From Eledone cirrhosa (Eukaryota): 64,000 bases of DNA. This document shows, one piece after another, positions 29,155-41,937 of the stretch; the first letter of the stretch is position 1; every line of letters starts with the position of its first letter. The stretch covers positions 22,754,001 to 22,818,000 of the forward strand of contig OZ024745.1 of NCBI GenBank assembly GCA_964016885.1, written 5' to 3'. The notes beneath the pieces were generated by a model that did no database searches, was not told the DNA's origin, and saw nothing but the letters and a program-made list of their open reading frames with translations. The position numbers and the translations under genes were made by a program.

Positions 29155-32100
29155 GTTCTTTGAGTCTCAGTCATTGATGTTAGTTACCTGGAAAATTTGT
29201 TAAAATGAATATCAAGCTGCTACCTGCAGCCTCAGATATTCAGGACGTATCGGAGAGTTCTTGCTGTTCCCAGCAAGCATGTTTTTTGAAGTGTTCCAAA
29301 AAGCGGAGCGGGGGCCAATTTTCTTTAACCATCCCTGGAAACTTTTTGAGATAGTACCTAGTGCGCCTTTGACAATCGGGACCACTTTGACTTCATGGCA
29401 GTTCCAAATCCTTTTTACCTCCCACTTTAAGTCCTGGTATCGGTTAATGTTCTCCCTATCCTTCTCTTGCACTCTAGTGTCGAATGGGCAGGCCACATCC
29501 ACAATCAGGCACGATCTTTTTTCTTTGTCCACAACCACCACGTCAGGTCTATTGTGTCCCAGTTTCTTGTCCGTCTGTATCCTAAAATCCCACAGCACCT
29601 TCACCTGATCGTTTTCTATCACCTACTCTGGCTTATGCTCATACCACTTCTCAGAATGTAGTAAATTGTTTACTTTGCATAGGTGCCAATGGATCACCCT
29701 GCCCATCACATCATGTCTCCAGCCCTTATAGTGAGTCTGGGTTAGGTGTTTTAAGGGCCTGCTCTTGCGCAGCCATTGATATTCCTTCTGTAGCCTTTTT
29801 AAGGTCTCCTCTTTTCAACCAGATCCATGTCTGTGGATCTCTAAATTCAGTTTTCTCAAAGAAGGTACTATGAAGGGATTTTTCCTGAAGGATGCTCTTT
29901 CTCATTGATGTTATTTCCTCCTTGGACATCCCCTGGCCTATTGTCCCCTCCTTCAGTACAGTTCTGAGCATTGGCTCCTTACTATCAATCACGTATTTGT
30001 GTATGTTGTTTTTCTGCATCTGAACACAGTCCTCTATGCTGATAAGACCTGTTCCACCTTCAGATCTCCTTAAGTAGAGTCTATCGACATCACTCCTCTT
30101 GTGGAACATGTTGTAGATAGTCAATAGCTTCCTAGTCTTCCTATCCATTTCTTTTTGTTCAGCAACATTCCATCTCAGAATTCCCGCACTGTACCTAATA
30201 ATAGACACAGCTCGGGAATTTACTGCACTTATGGCATTCCTACTGTTCAGGTGTGACTTTAATTCGCTCCTTACTCTCCGAATGTATTCAGTTCTTATCA
30301 ATTCCTTCATTTTTTTTGTTCTTGATGTCATCAGCCTCCAGAATACCCAAATACTTGTATCCTTCTTCAGTGTCAATTTCCTTTATCATCTCACCTGTTG
30401 GTACCTGGATTTCGTTACTTCTTCTCAATTTACCGCTCTTCATCACAAGGACTCCACACTTACTGATACCAAATTGCATACATATATCACTACTGAAAAT
30501 ACGGACAGTGTCAACAAGCACACCCAACTCCTTCTCACTCGTCCCGAAGAGCTTAAGATCGTCCATGAAGAGGAGGTGATTGATGGTAAGCTCACCCTTT
30601 ACAAACTTGTATCCTGCTCTCACTTTTCGCAGTATAATGGTCAGGGGCATCAGGGCAAGGACAAACAACAGAGGGGACAGACTATCTCCCTGGAAGATAC
30701 CTCTCTTGATCTTGACGCCTCCCAAGGATTCTCCAGCTGATGTTAACTCTGTTTCCCAGGACTTCATACTTTTGCCCAACAACTGTCTGATGTTATCTGC
30801 CACCTTGAAGATCTCTAGGCTTTTGGTGATCCAAGAATGAGGCACCATGTCAAATGCCTTTTTGTAGTCTATCCATCCCATGGCAAGACCAGTGTGTCTC
30901 CTCTTGCAATTCCTCATTACCATCTTATCAATAAGTAACTGGTCCTTTGTACCACGGGACTTCTTTCGGCATCCTTTCTGTTCGTCCGGTAACAAGTTGT
31001 TTGTGTGGAGGTGATCGTAGATTTCCTCAGACATAATGCTTGTCAACAGTTTCCACATTACGGACAGACATGTGATAGGTCTATAGTTGGTAACATCATT
31101 ACCCTTGATTCGGTCTTTCATTATGAGAACTGTGGTACCTTTTGTCAACCACTCTGGTACCTCACCTGACATCAAGCAGTCATTGAACATGGTTGTCAGT
31201 TTCGGGTGGAGGGATGTTATATTTTTAATCCAATACCCCTGCACACCATCTGGGCCTGGTGATTTCCAGTTGGTTAGTTTTTTGGCCTGCCCCTTAAGAG
31301 TTTCAACTGTGATACTCAAATCAGTTTGTTGGTGTGCCTGTTCACTAATCTTCTTCTGTACTGTCTCAATCCACACTGCCTGGTCATTATGTTTAACATC
31401 CTGCTCCCATATTCCTCTCCAGTATGTTTTAGTTTGTTCCGCCTCAGGGATCAAGTCGTTGCCTCTTTCTTTCCCTTCAAGCTGTCCAAACAGCATCTTC
31501 TGGTTGTTGTCAAACATGCGGTTCTGTCTATACTGACTGATTCTGCTCTCGTATCGCCTAATTTTGCACTCTTTGCTACAATGCGTTGCTTCAGTTCCTC
31601 TATGATAATGTTTAGCTTTTTCCTCCTAGTTTTGTACTTTATTTCCAGTCAATTTTTAGTGGCTATGTTTTTTAGTGTCCCATTCAGTAGGGACTCAAGC
31701 TTTCCAATGTCATTTCTCATTTCCCTGATTTGACCACTCAGTCGTTTCTTCCACCAAGGCTCTTCTCTTTCTTGTCTGTTGTTTGCTCTCGCTTTTATAC
31801 CAAGTAGTTTCCTCACCGTATTTGCTGTTGCTTTGAGGATATTGTTGCACTGGTGAAGGCTCCTCGCCTCAAGGTATGGGATGACTTTGTTTACCTTAGC
31901 TGTTGTTTCTTTTAACTTTTTCCTGTCTACAAATCTTAGGTTCATAGGTTTCCCACTATCATTGTTCAATTCATCTACCACTAAGTTTAGGATATCAACT
32001 AAATCTTGTCCTAGCCCGTCAGCATTCATCTCCTCAATGGCCGTATGTTTGTTCCAGGTATTATTTATTTCAGCATTCAGATCATTGTCTGCTTCGGGTG

Positions 32101-32870
32101 GTTCCTCCGTTCTCTCGACCTCTTCACCTTCATTTCACACTTGCTCGTTTGCCTGGCATACTCCACTCTCCATTTCCAAGCTAATCTCTCTGCTCAGTTC
32201 CTCCAGTTCCAGCTCGCTTATCCACCAATTAGTTCTTATTACCCGAGCCTGCCCAGCCAATTTTTGTTCATCTAATTTAAAAGACTAATCTCGTTCCAGA
32301 TGTTATGCATCCGTTTTCTATAGCCTTTCTCCTTGGGGATACTCTTCAGGTAACATTGCATAACAGTTCTATTCAATTCTTTCGTCCAGTTGGTTCTGGT
32401 CCCTTTCCTTCTTCTTCTTCCTCCGACACCAGCAGTATTTCGTTGACAGCCAGGTCCCTGCTGCTGAGCCAGGAAGCACTTGTTGGGTGAGAGTCTGTCG
32501 CATGACATTCTAGTCTCCATTTCACCGTTATTCGAACTGTTTAAGTTCGACATTTAAACACTCTTATCGAGGATTGGCGAATGTATGGTTACATAACCAC
32601 CGGTGATTTCATCACCTCCGGTGATTTCGTCACTCCACGTGATTTATGTGTGGCACTATCACGCTGTAGACGAACATAAATAAACAAACAAATAAACAGG
32701 CAAAAAAACCCAAAAAAATGAATAAGCATAAGTTTCATTGTAATGTAATGTTTGAATGTCTGACTTAGTTTTTCCCTTCCCTTCTCTGTCCGTCTGTTTG
32801 TTTTTCTTTTCATTTTTCTTTTCTTTGCGTTTTTCATTGTTACTGTGCTGCTTTGATTTTGATTTTGGGT
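29155..32870 (-). mobile_element. R4/Dong-clade non-LTR retrotransposon, copy 1 (near full length, frameshifted, CCHC knuckle deleted)
   Basis: ORF pieces 32272-32553, 31649-32029, 30288-31517 (RT: KSPGPDG, NYRPITCL, IDYKKAFD, GIFQGDSLSP, LLFMDDLKL, YKYLG), 29726-30376, 29212-29622 (RLE: RPDVVVVD..IVDVACPFD). The N-terminal W-x(3)-N..CY..GYRKRM..IW motif is typical of R4/Dong. Flanked by (TTA)n on both sides. Confidence 0.92.
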
Positions 32871-32902
32871 TTTTTTATTATTATTATTATTATTATTGTT
32901 AT

Positions 32903-33051
32903 TCTTTGAGTCTCAGTCATTGATGTTAGTTAACTGGAAAGTTTGTTGAAATGAATATCAAGCCACTACCTGCAGCCTCAGATATTCAGGACGTATCGGA
33001 GGGTTCTTGCTGTTCCCAGCAAGCATGCCTTTTGAAGCGTTCCAAAAAGCG
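32903..33051 (-). mobile_element. 5'-truncated (~150 bp) copy of the same R4/Dong element
   Basis: Same 3' UTR (ctttgagtctcagtcattgatg...) and last codons, bounded by (TTA)n on both sides. Confidence 0.9.
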
Positions 33052-33086
33052 TATTATTATTATTATTATTATTATTGTTGTTATTA

Positions 33087-36000
33087 CTCTTTGAGTCTCA
33101 GTCATTGATGTTAGTTAACTGGAAAGTTTGTTGAAATGAATATCAAGCCACTACCTGCAGCCTCAGATATTCAGGACGTATCGGAGGGTTCTTGCCGTTC
33201 CCAGCAAGCATGCCTTTTGAAGCGTTCCAAAAAGCGTGAAGGGGCCAATTTTCTTTAACCATCCCTGGAAACTTTTTGAGATAGTCCCTAGTGCGCCTAT
33301 GACAATCAGGATCACTTTGACTTCATGGCAGTTCCAAATCCTTTTTACCTCCCACTTTAAGTCCTGGTATTGGTTAATTTTCTCCCTCTCCTTCTCTTGC
33401 ACTCTCGTGTCGAATGGGCAGGCCACATCCACAATCAGGCACGATCTTTTTTCTTTGTCCACAACCACCAGGTCAGGTCTATTGTGTTCCAGTTTCTTAT
33501 CCGTCTGTATCCTAAAATCCCACAGCACCTTCACCTGATCGTTTTCTATCACCGCCTTTGGCTTATGCTCATACCACTTCTCAGAATGTGGTAAATTGTT
33601 TACTTTGCATAGGTGCCAGTGGATCACCCTGCCCATCACATCATGTCTCCAGCCCTTATAGTGATTCTGGGCTAGGTGTTTACACTCGGATACAATGTGA
33701 GCCACAGTCTCCTCTCTCTCTCCACAGATCCTGCACAGTGGGCTAGCCTCCTCCTTGTAAATATGGTGTTTCAACCACTTTGTTTTGAGGGCCTGCTCCT
33801 GCGCAGCCATTAACATTCCTTCTGTAGCCTTTTTAAGGTCTCCTCTTTTCAACCAGTTCCATGTCAGTGGATCTCTAAATTCAGTTTTCTCAAAGAAGGT
33901 ACTATGAAGGGATTTTCCTGAAGGATACTCTTTCTCATTGATGTTATTTCCTCCTTGGACATCCCCTGGCCTATTGTCCCCTCCTTCAGTACAGTTCTGA
34001 GCATTGGCTCCTTACTATCAGTCACGTATTTGTGTAGGTTGTTTTTCTCCATCTGAGCACAGTCCTCTATGCTGATAAGACCTCTTCCACATTCAGATCT
34101 CCTTAAGTAGAGTCTATCGACATCACTCCTCTTGTGGAACATGTTGTAGATAGTCAATAGCTTCCTAGTCTTCCTATCCATTTCTTTTTGTTCAGCAAAT
34201 TCCATCTCAGAATTCCCGCACTGTACCTAATAATAGACACAGCTCGGGAATTTACTGCACTTATGGCATTCCTACTGTTCAGATGTGACTTTAATTCGTT
34301 CCTTACTCTCCGAATGTATTCAGTTCTTATCCTTGTATCCTTCTTCAGAGTCAATTTCCTTTATCATCTCACCTGTTGGTACCTGGATTCCGTTACTTCT
34401 GCTCAACTTACCCCTCTTCATCACAATGACTCCACACTTACTAATACCAAATTGCACACATATATCATTGGTGAAAATACGGAGTGTCAACAAGCACATC
34501 CAACTCCTTCTCACTCTTCCCGAAGAGCTTAAGATCGTCCATGAAGAGGAGGTGATTGATGGTAAGCCCTCCCTTTCCCAACCTGTATCCTGCTCTCAAT
34601 TTTCGCAGTACACTGGTCAGGGGCATCAGGGCAAGGACAAACAGCAGAGGGGACAGACTATCTCCCTGGAAGATACCTCGCTTGATCTTCACGCTTCCCA
34701 AGGTTTCTCCAGTTGATGTCAACTCTGTCTCCCAGGAATTCATACTTTTGCCCAACAACAGTCTGATGTTATCTGCCACCTTGAAGATCTCCAGGCTTTT
34801 GGTGATCCAAGAATGAGGCACCATGTCAAATGCCTTTTTGTAGTCTATCCATCCCATAGCAAGTTCAGTGTGTCTCCTCTTGCAATTCCTCATTACCATC
34901 TTATCAATAAGTAACTGGTCCTTTGTACCACGTGACTTCTTTCGGCATCCTTTCTGTTCGTCCGGTAACAAGTTGTTTGTGTGGAGGTGATCGTAGATTT
35001 CCTCAGACATAATGCTTGTCAACAGTTTCCACATTACGGACAGACATGTGATAGGTCTATAGTTGGTAACATCATTACCCTTGATTCGGTCTTTCATTAT
35101 CAGAACTGTGGTACCTTTTGTCAACCACTCTGGTACCTCACCTGACATCAAGCAGTCATTGAACATGGTTGTCAGTTTCGGGTGGAGGGATGTTATATTT
35201 TTAATCCAATACCCCTGCACACCATCTGGGCCTGGTGATTTCCAGTTGGTTAGTTTTTTGGCCTGCCCCTTAAGAGTTTCAACTGTGATACTCAAATCAG
35301 TTTGTTGGTGTGCCTGTTCACTAATCTCCTTCTGTACTGTCTCAATCCACACTGCCTGGTCATTATGTTTAACATCCTGCTCCCATATTCCTCTCCAGAA
35401 TGTTTTAGTTTGTTCCGCCTCAGGGATCAAGTCGTTGCCTCTTTCTTTCCCTTCAAGCTGTCCAAACAGCATCTTCTGGTTGTTGTCAAACATGCGGTTC
35501 TGTCTATACTGACTGATTCTGCTCTCGTATCGCCTAATTTTTGCACTCTTTGCTACAATGCGTTGCTTCAGTTCCTCTATGATAATGTTTAGCTTTTTCC
35601 TCCTAGTTTTGTACTTTATTTCCAGTCAATTTTTAGTGTCTATGTTTTTTAGTGTCCCATTCAGTAAGGACTCAAGCTTTCCAATGTCATTTCTCATTTC
35701 CCTGATTTGACCACTCAGTCGTTTCTTCCACCAAGGCTCTTCTCTTTCTTGTCTGTTGTTTGCTCTCGCTTTTATACCAAGTAGTTTCCTCACCGTATTT
35801 GCTGTTGCTTTGAGGATATTGTTGCACTGGTGAAGGCTCCTCGCCTCAAGGTATGGGATGACTTTGTTTACCTTAGCTGTTGTTTCTTTTAACTTTTTCC
35901 TGTCTACAAATCTTAGGTTCATAGGTCTCCCACTATCATTGTTCAATTCATCTACCACTAAGTTTAGGATATCAACTAAATCTTGTCCTAGCCCGTCAGC

Positions 36001-36965
36001 ATTCATCTCCTCAGTGGCCGTATCTCTGTTCCAGGTATTATTTATTTCAGCATTCAGATCATTGTCTGCTTCGGGTGGTTCCTCCGTTCTCTCGACCTCT
36101 TCACCTTCATTTCCCACTGGCTCGTTTGCCTGGCATACTCCACTTTCCATCTCCAAGCTAATCACTCTGCTCAGTTCCTCCAGTTCCAGCTCGCTTATCC
36201 ACCAATTAGTTCTTATTACCCGAGCCTGCCCGGCCAATTTTTGTTCATCTAATTTAAATAGACCAATCTCGTTCCAGATGTTATGCATCCGTTTCCTATA
36301 GCCTTTCTCCTTGGGGTTACTCTTCAGGTAACATTGCATAACAGTTCTATTCAATTCTTTCGTCCAGTTGGTTCTGGTCCCTTTCCTTCTTCTTCTTCCT
36401 CCGACACCAGCAGTATTTGTTTGACAGCCAGGTCCCTGCTGCTGAGCCAGGAAGCACCTGTTAGGTGAGAGTCTGTCACATGACATTCTAGTCTCCATTT
36501 CACCGTTATTCGAACTGTTTAGGTTCGACATTTAAACACTCTTATCGAGGATTGGCGAATGTATGGTTACATAACCACCAGTGATTTCATCACCTCCGGT
36601 GATTTCGTCACTCCACGTGATTTTTGTGTGGCATTATCACGCTGTAGACGAACATAAATAAACAAACAATCAAACAGGCAAAAAAAAACCCAAAAATGAA
36701 TAAGCATAAGTTTCATTGTAATGTAATGTTTGAATGTCTGACTTAGTTTTTCCCTTCCCTTCTCTGTCCGTCTGTTTGTTTTTCTTTTCATTTTTCTTTT
36801 CTTTACGTTTTTCGTTGTTGCTGTGCTGCTTTGATTTTTATTTTGTTTTTTTTTTATTTTGACCGGGTCATCAATTCAGTCTATTTATATATTTTGATGC
36901 CTTCCTCTTTTAGTGGGAGCACTACGATGTAGTAGTTGGTAGCGGGAGAGAATAGCGGTGGTAGT
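33087..36965 (-). mobile_element. R4/Dong-clade non-LTR retrotransposon, copy 2 (near full length, frameshifted, YLG region deleted)
   Basis: ORF pieces 35626-36531, 34465-35493 (RT), 33163-33852 (CRICGEREETVAHIVSEC knuckle, RHD, RPDL..D endonuclease). (TTA)n flanks. Confidence 0.93.
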
Positions 36966-37003
36966 TATAATGATTATTATTATTATTATTATTATTATTG
37001 TTA

Positions 37004-40000
37004 TTCCTTGAATCTCAGTCATTGATGTTGGTTAACTGGAAAGTCCGTTGGATTGAATATCAAGCCACTACCTGCAGCCTCAGATATTCAGGACGTATCG
37101 GAGGGTTCTTGTTGTTCCAAGCAAGCATGCCTTTTGAAGCGTTCCAAAAAGCGTGAAGGGGCCGATTTTCTTTAACCATCCCTGGAAACTTTTGGAGATA
37201 GTCCCCAGTGCGCCTATGACAATCGGAATCACTTTGACTTCATGGCAGTTCCAAATCCTTTTCACCTCCCACTTTAGGTCCTGGTATCGGTTAATTTTCT
37301 CCCTCTCCTTCTCTTGCACTCTCGTGTCGAACGGGCAGGCCACATCCACAATCAGACACGATCTTTTTTCTTTGTCCACAACCACCAGGTCAGGTCTATT
37401 GTGTTCCAGTTTCTTGTCCGCCTGTATCCTAAAATCCCACAGCACCTTCACCTGATCGTTTTCTATCACCGCCTCTGGCCTATGCTCATACCATTTCTCA
37501 GAATGTGGTAAATTGTTTACTTTGCACAGGTGCCAGTGGATCACCCTGCCCATCACATCGTGTCTCCAGCCCTTATAGTGGGTCTGGGCTAGGTGTTTAC
37601 ACTCGGACACAATGTGAGCCACAGTCTCCTCTCTCTCTCCACAGATCCTGCACAGTGGGCTAGCCTCCTCCTTGTAAATATGGTGCTTCAACCACTTCGT
37701 TTTGAGGGCCTGCTCCTGCGCAGCCATTAGCATTCCTTCTGTAGCCTTTTTGAGGTCTCCTCTTCTCAACCAGTTCCATGTCTGTGGATCTCTAAATTCA
37801 GTTTTCTCAAAGAAGGTACTATGAAGGGATTTTCCCTTAAGGCTGCTCTTCCTCCTTGATGTTATTTCCTCCTTGGACATCCCCTGGCCTACTGTCCCCT
37901 CCTTCAGTACAGTTCTGAGCATTGGCTCCTTACTATAGGTCACGTATTTGTATAGGTTGTTTTTCTCCATCTGAACACAGTCCTCTATGCTGATAAGACC
38001 TCTTCCACCCTCAGATCTCCTTAGGTAGAGTCTATCGACATCACTCCTCTTGTGGAACATGTTGTAGATAGTCAATAGCTTCCTAGTCTTCCTATCCATT
38101 TCTTTTTGTTCAGCAACATTCCATCTCAGAATTCCCGCACTGTACCTAATAATAGACACAGCTCGGGAATTTACTGCGCTTATGGCATTTCTGCTGTTCA
38201 GATGTGACTTCAATACGCTCCTTACTCTCCGAATGTATTCAGTTCTTAACAATTCCTTCATTTTTTTGTTCTTTATGCCATCAGCCTCCAGAACGCCCAA
38301 ATACTTGTATCCTTCCTCAGAGTCAATTTCCTTTATCATCTCACCTGTTGGTATCTGGATCCCGTTACTTCTGCTCAACCTACCCCTCCTCATCACAATG
38401 ACTCCACATTTACCAATACCAAACTGCATGCATATATCACTGCTGAAAATACGAACAGTGTCAACAAGCACATCCAACTCCTTCTCACTTTTCCCGAAGA
38501 GCTTAAGATCGTCCATGAAGAGGAGGTGATTGATGGTAAGCCCTCCCTTTCCCAACTTGTATCCTGCTCTCACTTTTCGCAGCATAATGGTCAAGGGCAT
38601 CAAGGCAAGGACAAACAACAGAGGGGACAGGCTATCTCCCCGGAAGATACCTCTCTTGATCTTCACGCTTCCCAAGGTTTCTCCAGTTGATGTCAACTCT
38701 GTCTCCCAGGACTTCATACTTTTGCCCAACAACAGTCTGATGTTATCTGCCACCTTGAAGATCTCCAGGCTTTTGGTGATCCAAGAATGAGGCACCATGT
38801 CAAATGCCTTTTTGTAGTCTATCCATCCCATAGCAAGTTCAGTGTGTCTCCTCTTGCAATTCCTCATTACCATCTTATCAATAAGTAACTGGTCCTTTGT
38901 ACCACGTGACTTCTTTCGGCATCCTTTCTGTTCGTCCGGTAACAAGTTGTTTGTGTGGAGGTGATCGTAGATTTCCTCAGACATAATGCTTGTCAACAGT
39001 TTCCACATTACGGACAGACATGTGATAGGTCTATAGTTGGTAACATCATTACCCTTGATTCGGTCTTTCATTATCAGAACTGTGGTACCTTTTGTCAACC
39101 ACTCTGGTACCTCACCTGACATCAAGCAGTCATTGAACATGGTTGTCAGTTTCGGGTGGAGGGATGTTATATTTTTAATCCAATACCCCTGCACACCATC
39201 TGGGCCTGGTGATTTCCAGTTGGTTAGTTTTTTGGCCTGCCCCTTAAGAGTTTCAACTGTGATACTCAAATCAGTTTGTTGTTGTGCCTGCTCACCGATC
39301 TCCCTCTGTACTGTCTCAATCCACCCTGCCTGGACATTATGTCTAACATCCTGCTCCCATATTCCTCTCCAGAATGTTTTAGTTTGCTCCGCCCCAGGGA
39401 TCAAGTCGTTGCCTCTTTCTTTCCCCTCAAGCTGTCCAAACAGCATCTTCTGGTTGTTGTCGAACATGCGGTTCTGTTTATACTCACTGACTCTGTTCTC
39501 GTATCGCCTGATTTTTGCACTCTTTGCTACAATGCGTTGCTTCAGTTCCTCTATGATAATATTTAGCTTTTTCCTCCTAGTTTTGTATTTTATTTCCAGT
39601 CTATTTTTAGTGCCTATGTTTTTTAGTGTCCCATTCAGTAGTGACTCAAGCTTTCCTATGTCATTTCTCATTTCCCCGATTTACCCACTCAGTCGCTTCT
39701 TCCACCAAGGCTCTGCTCTTTCTTGTCTGTTGTTTCCTCTCGCTTTTATACCAAGTAGTTTCCTCACCGTATTTGCTGTTGCTTTGAGGATATTGTTGCA
39801 CTGGTGAAGGCTCCTCGCCTCAAGGTATGGGATGACTTTGTTTACCTTAGCTGTTGTTTCTTTTAACTTTTTCCTGTCTACAAATCTTAGGTTCATAGGT
39901 CTCCCACTATCATTGTTCAATTCATCTACCACTAAATTTAGGATGTCAACCGAATCTTGTCCTAGCCCGTCAGCATTCATCTCCTCAGTGGCCGTATCTC

Positions 40001-40940
40001 TGTTCTAGGTATTATTTATCTCAGTATTCAGATCATTGTCTGCTTCGGGTGGTTCCTCCGTTCTCAGGACCTCTTCACCTTCATTTCCCACTGGCTCGCT
40101 TGTCTGGCATACTACACCCGCCATCTCCAAGCCATTCTCTCTGCTCAGTTCCTCCAGTTCCAGCTCGCTTATCCACCCATTAGTTCTTATTACCCGAGCC
40201 TGCCCGGCCAATTTTTGTTCATCTAATTTAAATAGACCAATCTCGTTCCAGATGTTATGCATCCGTCTCCTGTAGCCCCTCTCCTTGGGGTTACTTTTCA
40301 GGTAACATTGCATAACAGTTCTATTCAATTCTTTCGTCCAGTTGGTTCTGGCCCCTTTCCTTCTTCTCCTTCCTCCAACATCAGCAGTATTTGGTTGACA
40401 GTCAGGTTCCTGCTGCTGAGCCAGGAGGCACCTGTTGGGTGAGAGTCTGTCACATGACGTTCTAGTCTCCATTTCACCGTTATTCGAACTGTTTATGTTC
40501 GATATTTAAACACTCTTATCGAGGATTGGCGAATGTATGGTTACATAGCCATCTGTGGATCCGCCATTCCACTTGGCCCTTGTGTGGCATTATCACCACG
40601 CTGTATACGAACACACATAAACAAACAAACACACAGGCAGAAAGGGCCCCAAAAATAAATAAGCATAAGTTTCATTGTAATGTAGTGTTCGAATGTCTGA
40701 TTTATTTTATGTTTTTTAAGTTTTAGTTTTTCCCCCCTCTTTTCTGTCCGTCCGCCTGCTTCTCTCTTCATTCTTATTTTCTTTACGTTTTTTTTTTTTT
40801 TGGGGGGGGGGGGGTTCGTTTTTCTCTGTTTGTTTTTCTCGTTGTTTGCTGTTGTTGCTGTGCTGCTTTGGTTTTGTTGTTTGTTTTTTCTTTTTTCTTT
40901 TGAGTCTATCTATATATTTTGATGCCTTCCTCTTTTTTAG
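37004..40940 (-). mobile_element. R4/Dong-clade non-LTR retrotransposon, copy 3 (most intact)
   Basis: Colinear with copies 1 and 2, including the 5' UTR to about 40940. The 3' end abuts (TTA)n at ~36975-37003. Confidence 0.93.
37080..40505 (-). pseudogene. Single ~1141-codon retrotransposon ORF (N-terminal myb-like region, RT, CCHC, RLE endonuclease) with ATG>ATA and two in-frame stops
   Basis: ORFs 40005-40472, 39681-39980 and 37080-39671 are all in the same frame. The stops at 40005-40007 (TAG; Trp in other copies) and 39681-39683 (TAA; Gln in other copies) are point changes. The 863-aa segment is uninterrupted. Confidence 0.9.
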
Positions 40941-41554
40941 CAGTAGGGATTCTATAATGGGGTGGCAGAAGCCAGCTGGGAGAAGTGGATGACTGGCGGC
41001 GGTAGCGATACTGAGACAGTGGTGGTGGTGATGTCGATACCGAGGCAGTGGTGGCGGAGATGTGACCGTATTACTGTAGTGATGGTGCTGTAGCGGTGGT
41101 AGCAGTGAAGGAGTGAAGGGGTGGTGGCGGCGGCGATGGGATAATGGTGGTAATGATGGCCGTAGTGAGCGGTGGTGGTGAAAATGCCGTTATCTGGCTG
41201 TTGTGTTTAGTGTACACAGGTGATGGGGTGGGTTGTGTATCTAGTTTCTGGTGTTGGTGAGTTTGGCTGTTCTATATAGTGTAGACAGAGGAGAGGAGGG
41301 GGGGGGCGGGTTCTTCTTCCATTTATAGCCATTTTCTTTTTTGGATATACAGTGTACAATACAAAGTTGAATATTTGAATATTTGAGCCTTATAACAATA
41401 TATTTTGGGTTCGAATTTCTTGGGGCTCAAGCCGGGTGCTTTACGTAGCATTTGTACTAAGAGTTGTTATTTCACAAATGATTTAAATATGTTAAAAATT
41501 CAAAACTTACGGGAGCGATTTCATGACCTCCGTCACCTCGTGCGTCTTCTTCCC

Positions 41555-41639
<85 letters not shown>

Positions 41640-41649
41640 CTTATTATTG

Positions 41650-41863
41650 TTCTTTGAGTCTCAGTCATTGATGCTAGTTAACTGGAAAGTGTGTTAAAAT
41701 GAATATCAAGACACTACCTGCAACCTCAGATATTCAGGACGTATCGCAGGGTTATTGCTGTTCCCAGCAAGCATGCCTTTTGAAGTGTTCCAAAAAGCGG
41801 GGCTGGACTAATCTTCTTTAACCATACTTGGAAACTCTTTGAGATAGTACCTAGTGCGCCTAT
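41650..41863 (-). mobile_element. 5'-truncated copy of the R4/Dong element (more diverged)
   Basis: GALGTISKSFQVWLKKI...LRYVLNI* plus 3' UTR, between (TTA)n runs. Confidence 0.9.
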
Positions 41864-41886
41864 GATTATTACTATTGTTATTATTA

Positions 41887-41930
<44 letters not shown>

Positions 41931-41937
41931 GTCATTA

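Noticed and set aside
32589-32837. Upstream ORF of 74-82 aa in the 5' UTR of all three long retrotransposon copies
   Set aside because: Low-complexity A-rich sequence with differing termini; its recurrence is explained by recent common ancestry.
29261-39807. Plus-strand ORFs overlapping the retrotransposon
   Set aside because: Antisense shadows of the RT ORF with no motifs.
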